Shown piece by piece: positions 8,104 to 16,673 of a stretch of DNA of 64,000 bases. Numbering within the stretch: the stretch's first letter is position 1; every line of letters starts with the position of its first letter. Both the position numbers and the translations under genes were made by a program. The notes under the pieces were generated by a model. It searched no databases and was not told where the DNA came from. It saw only the letters and a list, made by a program, of their open reading frames with translations. This stretch comes from an uncultured Actinomycetes bacterium (lineage in GTDB: Bacteria > Actinomycetota > Thermoleophilia > Solirubrobacterales > 70-9): NCBI GenBank assembly GCA_937907435.1, contig CALCIA010000137.1, positions 39,212 to 103,211 of the forward strand. The letters run 5' to 3'.

Positions 8104-10157
8104 GCGACGCCTGCTGCGCACCGTCCGCGCCTACCGAGGCCGTTTCGGGCGAGCCGCCGAAGCGACTTCACGAGGTTCGCGAGATCCGGCTCGCGGTCGT
8201 CGCGGGAACCGCCCTGGCCGTGGGTCTGATCCTCGACGTGGCCGCCGCCTCGAGGGCGCTCCAGGTCGCCCTGTTTGCCGTCGCCATCCTCGCCGGCGGT
8301 CTCACCTTCGTCCCCGAGGCGGCGCGCAACCTCCCGCGGGGACGGCTCGGTGTGGGGACCCTGATGGCGATCGCCGCGGTCGGCGCCGTGATCCTCGGCG
8401 AGTGGGCCGAGGCGGCGACGCTCTGCTTCCTCTTCTCGATCTCCGAGGCGCTCGAGAGCTATGCGCTGACCAGGACGCGCCGCGGCCTGCGGGCACTGCT
8501 CGACCTGGTCCCGGCGCGCGCCACCGTGCTCCGCGACGGGACCGAGACGCAGGTCGACCCCGCCGGGCTGCGGGTGGGCGACCGCCTGATCGTGCGACCA
8601 GGGGAGAGCGTCGCGACCGACGGGATCATCACGGTCGGCCACTCGGCGCTCGACTTCTCGGCGATCACCGGCGAGTCGGTGCCCGTCGAAAGAGGCCCCG
8701 GCGAGGAGGTCTTCGCCGCCGCGATCAACGGCGGCGGCGCGCTCGAGGTCGAGGTCACCGCCCCGACCGCCGACAACTCGCTGGCGCGGATCGTCCGCAT
8801 CGTCGAGGAGGCCCAGGAGCGCAAGGGCCAGAGCCAGCGCCTGGCAGAGCGGATCGCCCGGCCGCTGGTGCCGGGGGTCCTCGTCGTCGCCCTGGCGATC
8901 GCCGTCATCGGCAGCCTGCTCGGCGACCCGACCACCTGGATCGGTCGCGCACTCGTCGTCCTCGTCGCCGCCGCCCCCTGCGCCTTCGCGATCTCGGTGC
9001 CGGTCACCGTCGTCGCGGCGATCGGTGCCGCGACCCGCTCCGGCGTCCTGATCAAGGGCGGTGCCGCGCTCGAGGCGCTGGCGGGGATCCGGGCGGTCGC
9101 GCTCGACAAGACCGGCACGTTGACGCGCAACCGCCCCGAGGTGATCGAGACGGTGAGCGCGGGCGAGGTCGAGCCGGGGGAGCTGCTCCGGTTGGCGGCG
9201 GCGCTCGAGCGACGCAGCGAGCACCCACTCGCGCAGGCGATCATCGCCGCCGCGGGCCCCGGACCCGCAGCCGACGACATCCAGGCCCATGCCGGCAGCG
9301 GGCTCGAGGGCCGGTTCGACGGGCGCCGGCTGCGGCTGGGGCGGCCCGGCTTCGTCGACGCGGAAGCGCTCGCGCAACGCGTCGCCGAACTACAGACCGC
9401 GGGCGCCACCGTGGTCCTTCTCGCCGACGGCGGCGACACGCTCGGCGCGATCGCGGTCCGTGACGAGCTGCGTCCCGAGGCGCTCGAAGCAGTCGGTGCC
9501 CTCCACGCGCTCGGGATGCGCACCGCGATGCTGACCGGGGACAACGAGCGGACCGCGGCAGCGCTCGCCGGCGAGGTCGGCATCGACTCCGTCTACGCCG
9601 ACCTGATGCCGACCGACAAGGTGGCCGCGGTCGAGCGCCTCCAGGACGATGCGCCGACGGCGATGGTCGGCGACGGGATCAACGATGCCCCGGCCCTGGC
9701 GAGCGCCGACGTCGGCGTCGCGATGGGGGCGATGGGCACCGATGTCGCGATCGAGGCCGCCGACGTCGCCCTGATGGGCGACGACTTGCGCATCCTCCCC
9801 GACACCCTGCTCCACGCTCGTCGTGCCGGCCGGGTGATGAGGCAGAACCTCTTCCTCTCCGGCGGCATCCTCCTCACCCTGATCCCGCTCGCCGCGGCCG
9901 GCGTCCTCGGTCTCGCCGCGGTGGTGGCGATCCATGAGCTGGCGGAGGTCGTCGTGATCGCCAACGGCGTCCGCGCCGGTCGCCGAAAGGCGTTCGTTCA
10001 ACATCCGGCGCTCGCGGCGGTTCCCGCACCCGCCTCTACGCCTGCGGTCAAGCCCCCCGCCCCGATCGAGCTACCGTTGCTGTTCGGCGGCGGAGGTATC
10101 GCGGCAGAGCGCGAGGACGACTGCTGCGGTGACGGCGACTGTTGCACCGACGAGTGA
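8100..10157 (+). CDS. heavy-metal translocating P1B-type ATPase (Cd/Zn/Co/Pb class, APC motif)
   Basis: TGES, DKTGTLT, GDGINDAPAL. TM motif AAAPCAFAISVP. No HMA domain, but an N-terminal CC pair and a C-terminal CCGDGDCC cluster. Confidence 0.92.
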   Translation: MSDACCAPSAPTEAVSGEPPKRLHEVREIRLAVVAGTALAVGLILDVAAASRALQVALFAVAILAGGLTFVPEAARNLPRGRLGVGTLMAIAAVGAVILGEWAEAATLCFLFSISEALESYALTRTRRGLRALLDLVPARATVLRDGTETQVDPAGLRVGDRLIVRPGESVATDGIITVGHSALDFSAITGESVPVERGPGEEVFAAAINGGGALEVEVTAPTADNSLARIVRIVEEAQERKGQSQRLAERIARPLVPGVLVVALAIAVIGSLLGDPTTWIGRALVVLVAAAPCAFAISVPVTVVAAIGAATRSGVLIKGGAALEALAGIRAVALDKTGTLTRNRPEVIETVSAGEVEPGELLRLAAALERRSEHPLAQAIIAAAGPGPAADDIQAHAGSGLEGRFDGRRLRLGRPGFVDAEALAQRVAELQTAGATVVLLADGGDTLGAIAVRDELRPEALEAVGALHALGMRTAMLTGDNERTAAALAGEVGIDSVYADLMPTDKVAAVERLQDDAPTAMVGDGINDAPALASADVGVAMGAMGTDVAIEAADVALMGDDLRILPDTLLHARRAGRVMRQNLFLSGGILLTLIPLAAAGVLGLAAVVAIHELAEVVVIANGVRAGRRKAFVQHPALAAVPAPASTPAVKPPAPIELPLLFGGGGIAAEREDDCCGDGDCCTDE

Positions 10158-10549
10158 GTGGCGGCGGCGCACGCGCGTCCAGTTCTACTTAGGAGTGGTA
10201 TTGCGTTCCGTCTGCTCCGGCTCGTAGCTCCGCAGATGGCCCGCCCTGACTCCTCGAGTTTCAAGTCGCGCTTTGTCGACGAGCACACCTGCCGCCGTTA
10301 CCACTGCGGCACCTCCGCGCGGGAGAGCGCCCGATCTCATTTGGAGCTGGAACGAATCGGTCGTCGACCATGGCCGAACGCCTTCCTGTTCAGACGCCCC
10401 TAGCTGATCCGGCGCTGCGACGCGGTCCCTCACCGGCCAACACGGTCGCCGCGGCCCACGGGGTCACCTGCCGACCCCAGCGACCGGGGAGGCACTTGAA
10501 AGTGAACTAGGCGGATTCGAGCCGCCCAGCTCCTGAGCAGCGAGCCGCC

Positions 10550-10594
10550 GGTGGGCGGATCGGACCCGGTCGACAAGGGCCCGATCCGCCCACC
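10550..10594. terminator. 14-bp perfect-stem hairpin 3' of the DUF305 gene
   Basis: GGTGGGCGGATCGG-N17-CCGATCCGCCCACC, 22 nt beyond the DUF305 stop. No U-tract. Confidence 0.35.
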
Positions 10595-10615
10595 CGTGAG
10601 GGCCGGCCTGAGCTG

Positions 10616-11320
10616 CTACGCGGCTTCGGAGCCCGGAACGCCGCCGGCGGGAGAGGGCGAGCCGTACCACCCTTCGCGCCATTCGTTCATCTCTTCGATC
10701 TCCATCGTCTGAGCGGCGATGATCCCCTTGGCGAGTTCCTTCAGCTGCCCGTTTTCGCCGTCGGCTAGCTCGGCCTGGGCCATCAGGATCGCCCCTTGGT
10801 GGTGGGGGATCATCATGTCGATGAAAGCGCGATCGAACGGCTTTGCTCCTTCGAGACTCGACATGTCCATCGACATCCCCATCGAGCCCATCGGGATGCC
10901 GAGCACCTTGGCGTCTTCGCTCATGCTCGGGCCTTCTTCACCGCCGTGTTCCATCTCGGACATCCCTTCTTCGGACATCCCTTCCATGCTTTCGCCTTCG
11001 GATCCTCCGAGAGCGCCGATTTCTTCTGCGATCGGTTCCATCTCTTCGATCTCGCTGCTCTGCGTCTTGATGATGTCGTCCGCGAGCTGAGTGATCTGGG
11101 GGTGCTGACCCTCGGCCTGGGCCATTTCGGCCATCTCGACGGCCATTTCGTGGTGGGGGATCATCTCGGCGACGAAGGCCTGGTCGACCGTTCCGCCCGA
11201 GCCTCCTGAGCTGCTCGTGCTCGACGAGCTGCTGCCCCCGCCACAGGCGCTGAGCACCACGGTCAGGCCCAGCAGCGCGATCAACGCGACCAGGGTTATC
11301 GGCTTGTATCGAAACTTCAT
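10616..11320 (-). CDS. DUF305 lipoprotein with Met-rich insert
   Basis: Lipobox LSACGG. Two DUF305 repeats (FVAEMIPHHEMAVEMA; FIDMMIPHHQGAILMA). Central Met/Glu-rich segment GESMEGMSEEGMSEMEHGG...MGSMGMSMDMS. Confidence 0.85.
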   Translation of the reverse strand: MKFRYKPITLVALIALLGLTVVLSACGGGSSSSSTSSSGGSGGTVDQAFVAEMIPHHEMAVEMAEMAQAEGQHPQITQLADDIIKTQSSEIEEMEPIAEEIGALGGSEGESMEGMSEEGMSEMEHGGEEGPSMSEDAKVLGIPMGSMGMSMDMSSLEGAKPFDRAFIDMMIPHHQGAILMAQAELADGENGQLKELAKGIIAAQTMEIEEMNEWREGWYGSPSPAGGVPGSEAA

Positions 11321-11401
11321 CTGAGTCTCCTTTCGAGATTCCGTTCTGATAGGCGCCGGCAGGCGCCACCGAGCGGCGGAAAGCCGCTCGGGAACGGAAA
11401 C

Positions 11402-11761
11402 TCAGAGCCTCAGGACCTCCGAGATCGTCGGTCCCGCGCGGGACCGCGCCTCGAGCGCGGAGGCCGATACCAAACGAGCATTTAAGGAGCCAAGGTCGCG
11501 GTAGGGTCGGAGCCGCCGCTCCGCCCCGACCTCGGGGCAGATCGCAAGGCCGGCGGCGATGATGCCGGCGCAGACCATCGCGGCACCCATGGCCACCGCT
11601 GCGGCGCGGTCGTGGCCATGGTCCATCGGCATTGTCGAGCCATGATCCATCGGCATGATGCCGTGGTGGAGGGCCACCAGTAGCCCGAGGCAGACGATCA
11701 CGGCGGCCACCGTCCGGCTTGGACGGTAGGTCAATCTCTGTCTCAGGGAAAGTAGGCTCAA
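11402..11761 (-). CDS. small 2-TM His/Met-rich membrane protein (paralog 1 of 3)
   Basis: TM1 (AAVIVCLGLLVAL), then HHGIMPMDHGSTMPMDHGHD, then TM2 with Cys (AAMVCAGIIAAGLAIC). C-terminus ...SRAGPTISEVLRL is shared with the paralogs at 20294 and 25376. TTG start uncertain. Confidence 0.6.
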   Translation of the reverse strand: MSLLSLRQRLTYRPSRTVAAVIVCLGLLVALHHGIMPMDHGSTMPMDHGHDRAAAVAMGAAMVCAGIIAAGLAICPEVGAERRLRPYRDLGSLNARLVSASALEARSRAGPTISEVLRL

Positions 11762-12018
11762 TTGGGCGATCGGCTCGGTTGAAAACGGCAGATGGTCCTA
11801 TCTATAACTACGCTCCGGCCGGGCTCGCAGATCAGTGCCGGCTCACGGGTGGTCGGCGGACAAGCTCGGCGCCGAAACTGAAAGCTCTGCGAGACATCCT
11901 AGGTAAAGGTGCTGCACGCGAGGGGCGTGACTCCACGCCTGTTCCGCTGCCCGCAACTACTGAATGTCCCTCATTAGGTCCACGATCAGCGGTGGATCAG
12001 GGCGGCAGGCCGACAAAT

Positions 12019-12540
12019 CTATGGAGTCTCGAGTCCCGCGATGGTGACGGTGACGAGTCGTCCGACGGCGGCCCTTGATTTGAGCGCGCCGGAGGCGGCG
12101 AGCGCGTTGAGGCAGTAGGCCGCCGGCTCGTCAGGACCGACGTCGGTCGGGATCGCTCCGCTCTTGGCGGTCTCGGTGATCAGGTCACGAAAGGGCTCCT
12201 GGAGTTCACGTCCGGGGCCGGCAAGGCACGCGCCTCGGTGCGGTAGCGCGGTCAGGTCGGTGCCGTGGTCTTGGCGCCCGACCTCGTGGCGAATGAGGGC
12301 ATAGGCGCCGAGTACCGCCTTAGGCCGTCGAATGGGGTGGCGGTCTGCTCTCGGAGGGCAAGAAGCTGATCGAGGTGGGCGGCGACCTGGCGCTCGTGGC
12401 AGGCGAGGAGGATCGCCTCCACGTCGGCGACCCTGCGGGCGAGGCGTCTACCGAGGAGGAGTGACCCGCGCGGGAGTCTGTGTCGGTCTCCCACTGAGCA
12501 GCGCCCCCCGCGCCCGAAGAAAGGTGGACGGAGCGGCAAG
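12019..12540 (-). pseudogene. TetR-family regulator remnant (C-terminal ligand domain only, frameshifted)
   Basis: My translation of the minus strand gives ...AYALIRHEVGRQ...DLITETAKSGAIPTDVGPDEPAAYCLNALAASGALKSRAAVGRLVTVTIAGLETP*. This is a typical TetR C-terminus. The upstream part sits in another frame (track ORF 12252..12539). The HTH region is missing. Confidence 0.35.
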
Positions 12541-12558
12541 GCTCTCCTCGAGCCGGTT

Positions 12559-12858
12559 CTAGCCTCGCCGCATCAGCCGGCCGACGGCGGCCATCAACTC
12601 CTGCGTTTTTTCCGCCTGGTCGTCCTTGGCGGCGCCGATCACGCAGTGCTGAGCGTGATCATCGAGCAGTCCCAGCGCGACCTTGTCGAGGGCGGCCTGG
12701 ACGGCCGAGATCTGGGTGAGGACGTCGATGCAATAGCGCTCCTCCTCGACCATCCCCTCGATTCCACGGACCTGGCCCTCGATGCGACGGAGCCGTTTCA
12801 GCAGGTCGTCCTTGGTGGCGGAATATCCACGTGCCTCTGAAGTGCGGGAAGGGGTCAT
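12559..12858 (-). CDS. csoR: CsoR family copper-sensing repressor
   Basis: LLKRLRRIEGQVRGIEGMVEEERYCIDVLTQISAVQAAL...HAQHCV (C-H-C ligand set). Start set at ATG 12858 (MTPSRTS). Confidence 0.9.
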   Translation of the reverse strand: MTPSRTSEARGYSATKDDLLKRLRRIEGQVRGIEGMVEEERYCIDVLTQISAVQAALDKVALGLLDDHAQHCVIGAAKDDQAEKTQELMAAVGRLMRRG

Positions 12859-12872
12859 GGACGAATCATAGC

Positions 12873-12920
12873 TACCCCTGGGGGGTATACTCCCAAGACA
12901 CCCATACCCCCTAGGCGTAT
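12873..12920. promoter_or_regulatory. two CsoR-type GC-rich pseudopalindromic boxes in the csoR/copZ divergent region
   Basis: Box 1 TACCCCTGGGGGGTA (12873-12887). Box 2 ATACCCCCTAGGCGTAT (12904-12920). GAGGAG SD, then copZ ATG at 12937. Confidence 0.65.
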
Positions 12921-12936
12921 ACCAGAGGAGATTCCG

Positions 12937-13185
12937 ATGACCGACGACAGCACGAAGACCTATTCCGTCGAGGGGATGACCTGCGGGCACTGCGAGAGCT
13001 CGGTTCGCGAGGAGGTCGAGGAGTTGACGGGGGTGGAGTCCGCCCGGGTGGATCGCAGCACCGGGCTTCTGACCGTGCGCGGGGAGGGGATCGACGATGC
13101 GGCGGTCCGGGCAGCGGTGCAGGCGGCAGGCTACGCCGTCGCCGAAGCGACCGCTCCTACCGCCGGGGAGGCTGCGCGCCTATGA
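12937..13185 (+). CDS. copZ: HMA-domain copper chaperone
   Basis: 82 aa, [11 protein letters not shown] CxxC metal-binding motif. Overlaps the copA start (ATGA). Confidence 0.9.
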   Translation: MTDDSTKTYSVEGMTCGHCESSVREEVEELTGVESARVDRSTGLLTVRGEGIDDAAVRAAVQAAGYAVAEATAPTAGEAARL

Positions 13186-15497
13186 CGACGCATCTCGAGT
13201 TGCCCGTCGAGGGCATGACCTGCGCCTCCTGCGCCAACCGCATCGAGCGCAAATTGAACCGGCTCGAGGGTGTCGAGGCCACCGTCAACTACGCGACCGA
13301 GCGGGCGGCCGTGGAGTTCGATCCCGCCCGCGTTGTCCCCGCCGAACTTGTGCAGACGATCGAGGCTGCCGGTTACCGGGCGGCGGTTCCCGCCATGGCC
13401 GACGAAGGCGGCACGGCGGCGACGGCGTCAGGCGAGGCCGAGGATCCGACGGGGCCGTTGCGCCGCCGCCTGATCGGCGCCACGGCGCTGTCGGTTCCGC
13501 TCCTCCTGATCTCGATGATCCAGCCGCTCCAATTCGAAAACTGGCAGTGGCTGGCGCTGCAACTGGCGACCCCGGTGGTGTTGTGGGCCGGCTGGCCGTT
13601 CCACCGCGCCGCCTGGCAGAACCTGCGGCACGGCACCGCGACTATGGACACCCTCATCTCGGTCGGCACGCTGGCCGCCTGGGGCTGGTCGGTGGTCGCC
13701 CTGTTCTTCCTCGGGGCGGGGATGCCCGGGATGCGGATGGGCTTCGAAGTCGCCCTCAATCGCGATGCGGCGACCGACCACATCTACCTTGAGGCCGCCG
13801 CGGTGGTCACGACGCTGGTGCTCGCCGGTCGTTACTTCGAGGCACGCGCCAAGCGGCGTGCCGGCGCCGCCCTGCGAGCCCTGCTCGAGCTCGGCGCGAA
13901 GGACGTCGCCCTGCTCGATCCGGACGGCTCGGAGCGACGGGTCCCGATCGCCCAATTACAGAGCGGTGACCGATTCGTCGTGCGGCCCGGTGAGAAGGTC
14001 GCCACCGACGGGACCGTCGAGGACGGCGCCTCGGCCGTCGACGAGTCGTTGCTCACCGGCGAGTCCGTCCCGGTCGAGAAGCAGCCGGGCGACAAGGTCG
14101 TCGGCGCCTCGGTGAACGTGGGTGGCCGGCTCGTCGTGCGCGCCGAGAAGGTCGGCGCCGATACCGCCCTGGCGCAGATCGCCAGGCTGGTCCAGGATGC
14201 CCAGACCGGCAAGGCCCCCGTCCAGCGTCTGGCCGACCGCATCTCGGGCATCTTCGTGCCGATCATCCTCGCCCTCGCCCTGGCGACCCTTGGGTTCTGG
14301 TTGCTGACCGGGGCGAGCGCGGCGTTCGCCTTCAGTGCCGCCGTGTCGGTGCTGATCATCGCCTGTCCCTGCGCGCTCGGCCTCGCCACCCCCACGGCGC
14401 TCCTGGTCGGCACCGGTCGGGGGGCGCAGCTCGGGCTGCTGATCAAGGGCCCGGAGGTGCTCGAGTCGACGCGCAGGGTCGACACCATCGTCCTCGACAA
14501 GACCGGCACGGTGACCACGGGGCGGATGACGCTGCGAGGGATCGCGACCGACGGGGTCGCCGAGGACGAGGCACTGCGACTGGTCGGCGCCCTCGAGGCG
14601 GCCTCCGAGCACCCGGTCGCGGAGGCGATCTCGAAGGCTGCCGAGACCCGCCTCGGACGGTTGCCGGCGCCGCAGAGCTTCGGCAATCGCGAGGGCCTGG
14701 GGGTCGAGGGCGTGGTCGAGGGGCAAGAGCTCGTCGTAGGCAGGCCGTCGCTGTTGGCCGATCGAGGGATGCGGTTGACCGCCGAGCTCGAGCGCGCCCG
14801 CGGATCCGCCGAGGCGGGTGGCCAGACCGCGATCGTCGCGGCCTGGGGCGGACGACCGCGGGCCGTCTTCGCCGTGGCCGACACCCCGAAGCCGACGAGC
14901 GCGGAGGCCGTCGCCCGCCTCCGGACGCTCGGATTGAGGCCGATCCTGCTGACCGGGGACAACGAGACCACGGCCCGCTCGGTCGCGGCCGAGGTCGGGA
15001 TCGACGATGTGATCGCCGAGGTCCTGCCGGCCGACAAGGCAGACGTGGTCCGTCGGCTCCAGTCGGAGGGGCGGGTCGTCGCGATGGTCGGCGACGGCGT
15101 CAACGATGCTCCGGCACTCGCGCAGGCCGACCTCGGCCAGGCGATCGGCACGGGGACCGATGTCGCGATCGAGGCCTCGGATCTCACCATCGTCTCCGGC
15201 GACCTCCGTGGTGCCGCCGAGGCGATCCGTCTATCGCGCCGGACCCTGCGCACGATCAGAGGCAACCTCTTCTGGGCATTTGCCTACAACGTCGTGCTCG
15301 TCCCCGTGGCCATGCTCGGCTTCCTCAATCCCTTGTTCGCCGGCGCGGCGATGGCGTTCTCGAGCGTCTTCGTCGTCTCCAACTCGCTGCGCCTCAGGCG
15401 CTTCCGCGAGCTGCCGGGCGGGCCTTCGGGCGACCACGGCTCCGTGCCGGTGGCGTCCGTGCGGAGCGCGCCCGGGACGCCCGAAGGCGTCGCGTAG
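13182..15497 (+). CDS. copA: copper-exporting P1B-1 type ATPase
   Basis: N-terminal [46 protein letters not shown]. Confidence 0.95.
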   Translation: MTTHLELPVEGMTCASCANRIERKLNRLEGVEATVNYATERAAVEFDPARVVPAELVQTIEAAGYRAAVPAMADEGGTAATASGEAEDPTGPLRRRLIGATALSVPLLLISMIQPLQFENWQWLALQLATPVVLWAGWPFHRAAWQNLRHGTATMDTLISVGTLAAWGWSVVALFFLGAGMPGMRMGFEVALNRDAATDHIYLEAAAVVTTLVLAGRYFEARAKRRAGAALRALLELGAKDVALLDPDGSERRVPIAQLQSGDRFVVRPGEKVATDGTVEDGASAVDESLLTGESVPVEKQPGDKVVGASVNVGGRLVVRAEKVGADTALAQIARLVQDAQTGKAPVQRLADRISGIFVPIILALALATLGFWLLTGASAAFAFSAAVSVLIIACPCALGLATPTALLVGTGRGAQLGLLIKGPEVLESTRRVDTIVLDKTGTVTTGRMTLRGIATDGVAEDEALRLVGALEAASEHPVAEAISKAAETRLGRLPAPQSFGNREGLGVEGVVEGQELVVGRPSLLADRGMRLTAELERARGSAEAGGQTAIVAAWGGRPRAVFAVADTPKPTSAEAVARLRTLGLRPILLTGDNETTARSVAAEVGIDDVIAEVLPADKADVVRRLQSEGRVVAMVGDGVNDAPALAQADLGQAIGTGTDVAIEASDLTIVSGDLRGAAEAIRLSRRTLRTIRGNLFWAFAYNVVLVPVAMLGFLNPLFAGAAMAFSSVFVVSNSLRLRRFRELPGGPSGDHGSVPVASVRSAPGTPEGVA

Positions 15498-15534
15498 GCT
15501 GTCGAATCGCTATCGCCCGCCCTCTCGATTGGTC

Positions 15535-15999
15535 CTACGTGTCGCCGGAGCTTCTGGGTCGCTTTCGCTCGGATCGAGGAGTGCTTTCACGGCGTGTCAC
15601 CTCGGGCCCAGCCGGTTCGACCTGACGCTTCTGACGATCGGCATCGGACACGCAGGCGCGGATACAGGTCAACAGCTCCTCGAAGACGAACGGCTTGGTC
15701 ATGTAGTCGGTGGCTCCGAGCTCGTCCGCTTCGACCCGGTCGGATTCATAGGGCCTCGCGGTCACCACGATCACCGGCAACGTCGGCTTCACACGCCGGA
15801 TCGCAGCCAGCACCTCGATCCCGTCGCGGCCGGGCAACATGCGGTCGAGGACGACAAGGTCGGTAGGAGAGGACAGCGCCAACCGCTCGGCGGTGGGGCC
15901 GTCGGCCGCGACGGTCACGCCGTAACCCTCCCCTTCGAGCCCTCGGGACAGAAAGTCCGCGATCCCTGGCTCATCCTCCGCGACCAAGATCTGCACCAT
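15535..15999 (-). CDS. stand-alone response-regulator receiver (REC) domain protein
   Basis: ILVAEDEP...DLVVLDRMLPGRDG...VIVVTA...KPF. The C-terminus is a charged tail with no DNA-binding domain. Confidence 0.85.
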   Translation of the reverse strand: MVQILVAEDEPGIADFLSRGLEGEGYGVTVAADGPTAERLALSSPTDLVVLDRMLPGRDGIEVLAAIRRVKPTLPVIVVTARPYESDRVEADELGATDYMTKPFVFEELLTCIRACVSDADRQKRQVEPAGPEVTRRESTPRSERKRPRSSGDT

Positions 16000-16025
16000 C
16001 CCAACACTACGTCAAATCGGCAATA

Positions 16026-16046
16026 ACTACGACATCACGTAGGAGT
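16026..16046. promoter_or_regulatory. palindromic operator site S1
   Basis: ACTACGACatcacGTAGGAGT. 27 nt upstream of the REC start, in the divergent region shared with the DUF1360 gene. Confidence 0.5.
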
Positions 16047-16145
16047 AGCATCGACGTCGTCGGTCATGCCTTCGTGGGACTGGTGTCCAGCGACCGATAG
16101 GCCTGGACGTCGAGGGACCTGGAAACACGATCTAGGAGGACACCA

Positions 16146-16673
16146 ATGCCGGATGGAGACGAGATGTCGCGGCCAGGCGAGTCGACCGCGGCGAGCCGCA
16201 CTGCCGACTACGCGGCGCTCGAGGCCGTATTCGGCGTCGGCATGGTCGGGCTCATCGCGTTGACTTCTCGCCGTGAGCGGGACGGGGGTCATCCGATCTC
16301 GACTGAAGAGCTTGTCCTGCTGGCCATGTCGACGTTCACTCTCGCGGACGTCTTGGCCAAAGAGAGGATCTCGACCTGGCTCCGTGAGCCTTTCGTCGAG
16401 GAGGGAACGGATCACAAGCCCGTTCGCCCCGAGGGCAGCGGGATGCGCTACGCGATCGGTGAGCTCCTCACCTGTACGCGGTGCGTAGGAGCCTGGAGCG
16501 CGATGGGCCTGGTCGCCCTTCGGACCGCCTCGCCGACGGCCGGGCGGGCCACGATGCGTGTCTTGGCATTGGCCGGCGTCAACGATTTCCTGCAGAGCGC
16601 CTTTCGTCTTCTGGCCGAGCGCACGAATCGGGCGGCGGTAGAAACGGAAGCCGCTCGCCGTGCCCTTCCTTAG
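16146..16673 (+). CDS. DUF1360-like membrane protein
   Basis: Hydrophobic helices plus [18 protein letters not shown] (CxxC-x-W motif typical of DUF1360). Confidence 0.6.
   Translation: MPDGDEMSRPGESTAASRTADYAALEAVFGVGMVGLIALTSRRERDGGHPISTEELVLLAMSTFTLADVLAKERISTWLREPFVEEGTDHKPVRPEGSGMRYAIGELLTCTRCVGAWSAMGLVALRTASPTAGRATMRVLALAGVNDFLQSAFRLLAERTNRAAVETEAARRALP

Noticed and set aside
8031-9377. Long antisense or alternative-frame ORFs across the window. Examples: 8031..9377(-), 8075..9463(+), 13832..15265(-), 16823..18466(+), 22627..23922(-), 33486-region 34444..35880(-), 43119..45149(-), 45810..47540(+), 48316..49857(+), 58780..59364 part of the 58780 ORF.
   Set aside because: They are Arg/Pro/Gly/Ala-rich with no recognisable motifs. 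They lie opposite or out of frame to genes with clear family signatures. These are typical high-GC shadow ORFs.
10511-10536. tRNA-like T-arm (GGCGG-ATTCGAG-CCGCC followed by CAGCTCC), which could have marked a tRNA or att remnant.
   Set aside because: I could not fold an anticodon arm or D-arm. The only complementary GGAGCTG is about 185 nt upstream. The loop is shifted from the TTCRA consensus.
11796-11815. CTATCTATA-containing AT-rich patch upstream of the first His-rich peptide gene, with a reverse-oriented copy at 25744-25756.
   Set aside because: Only about 9 nt are shared, the two copies have opposite orientation relative to the genes, and the patch does not fit the N5 dyad.
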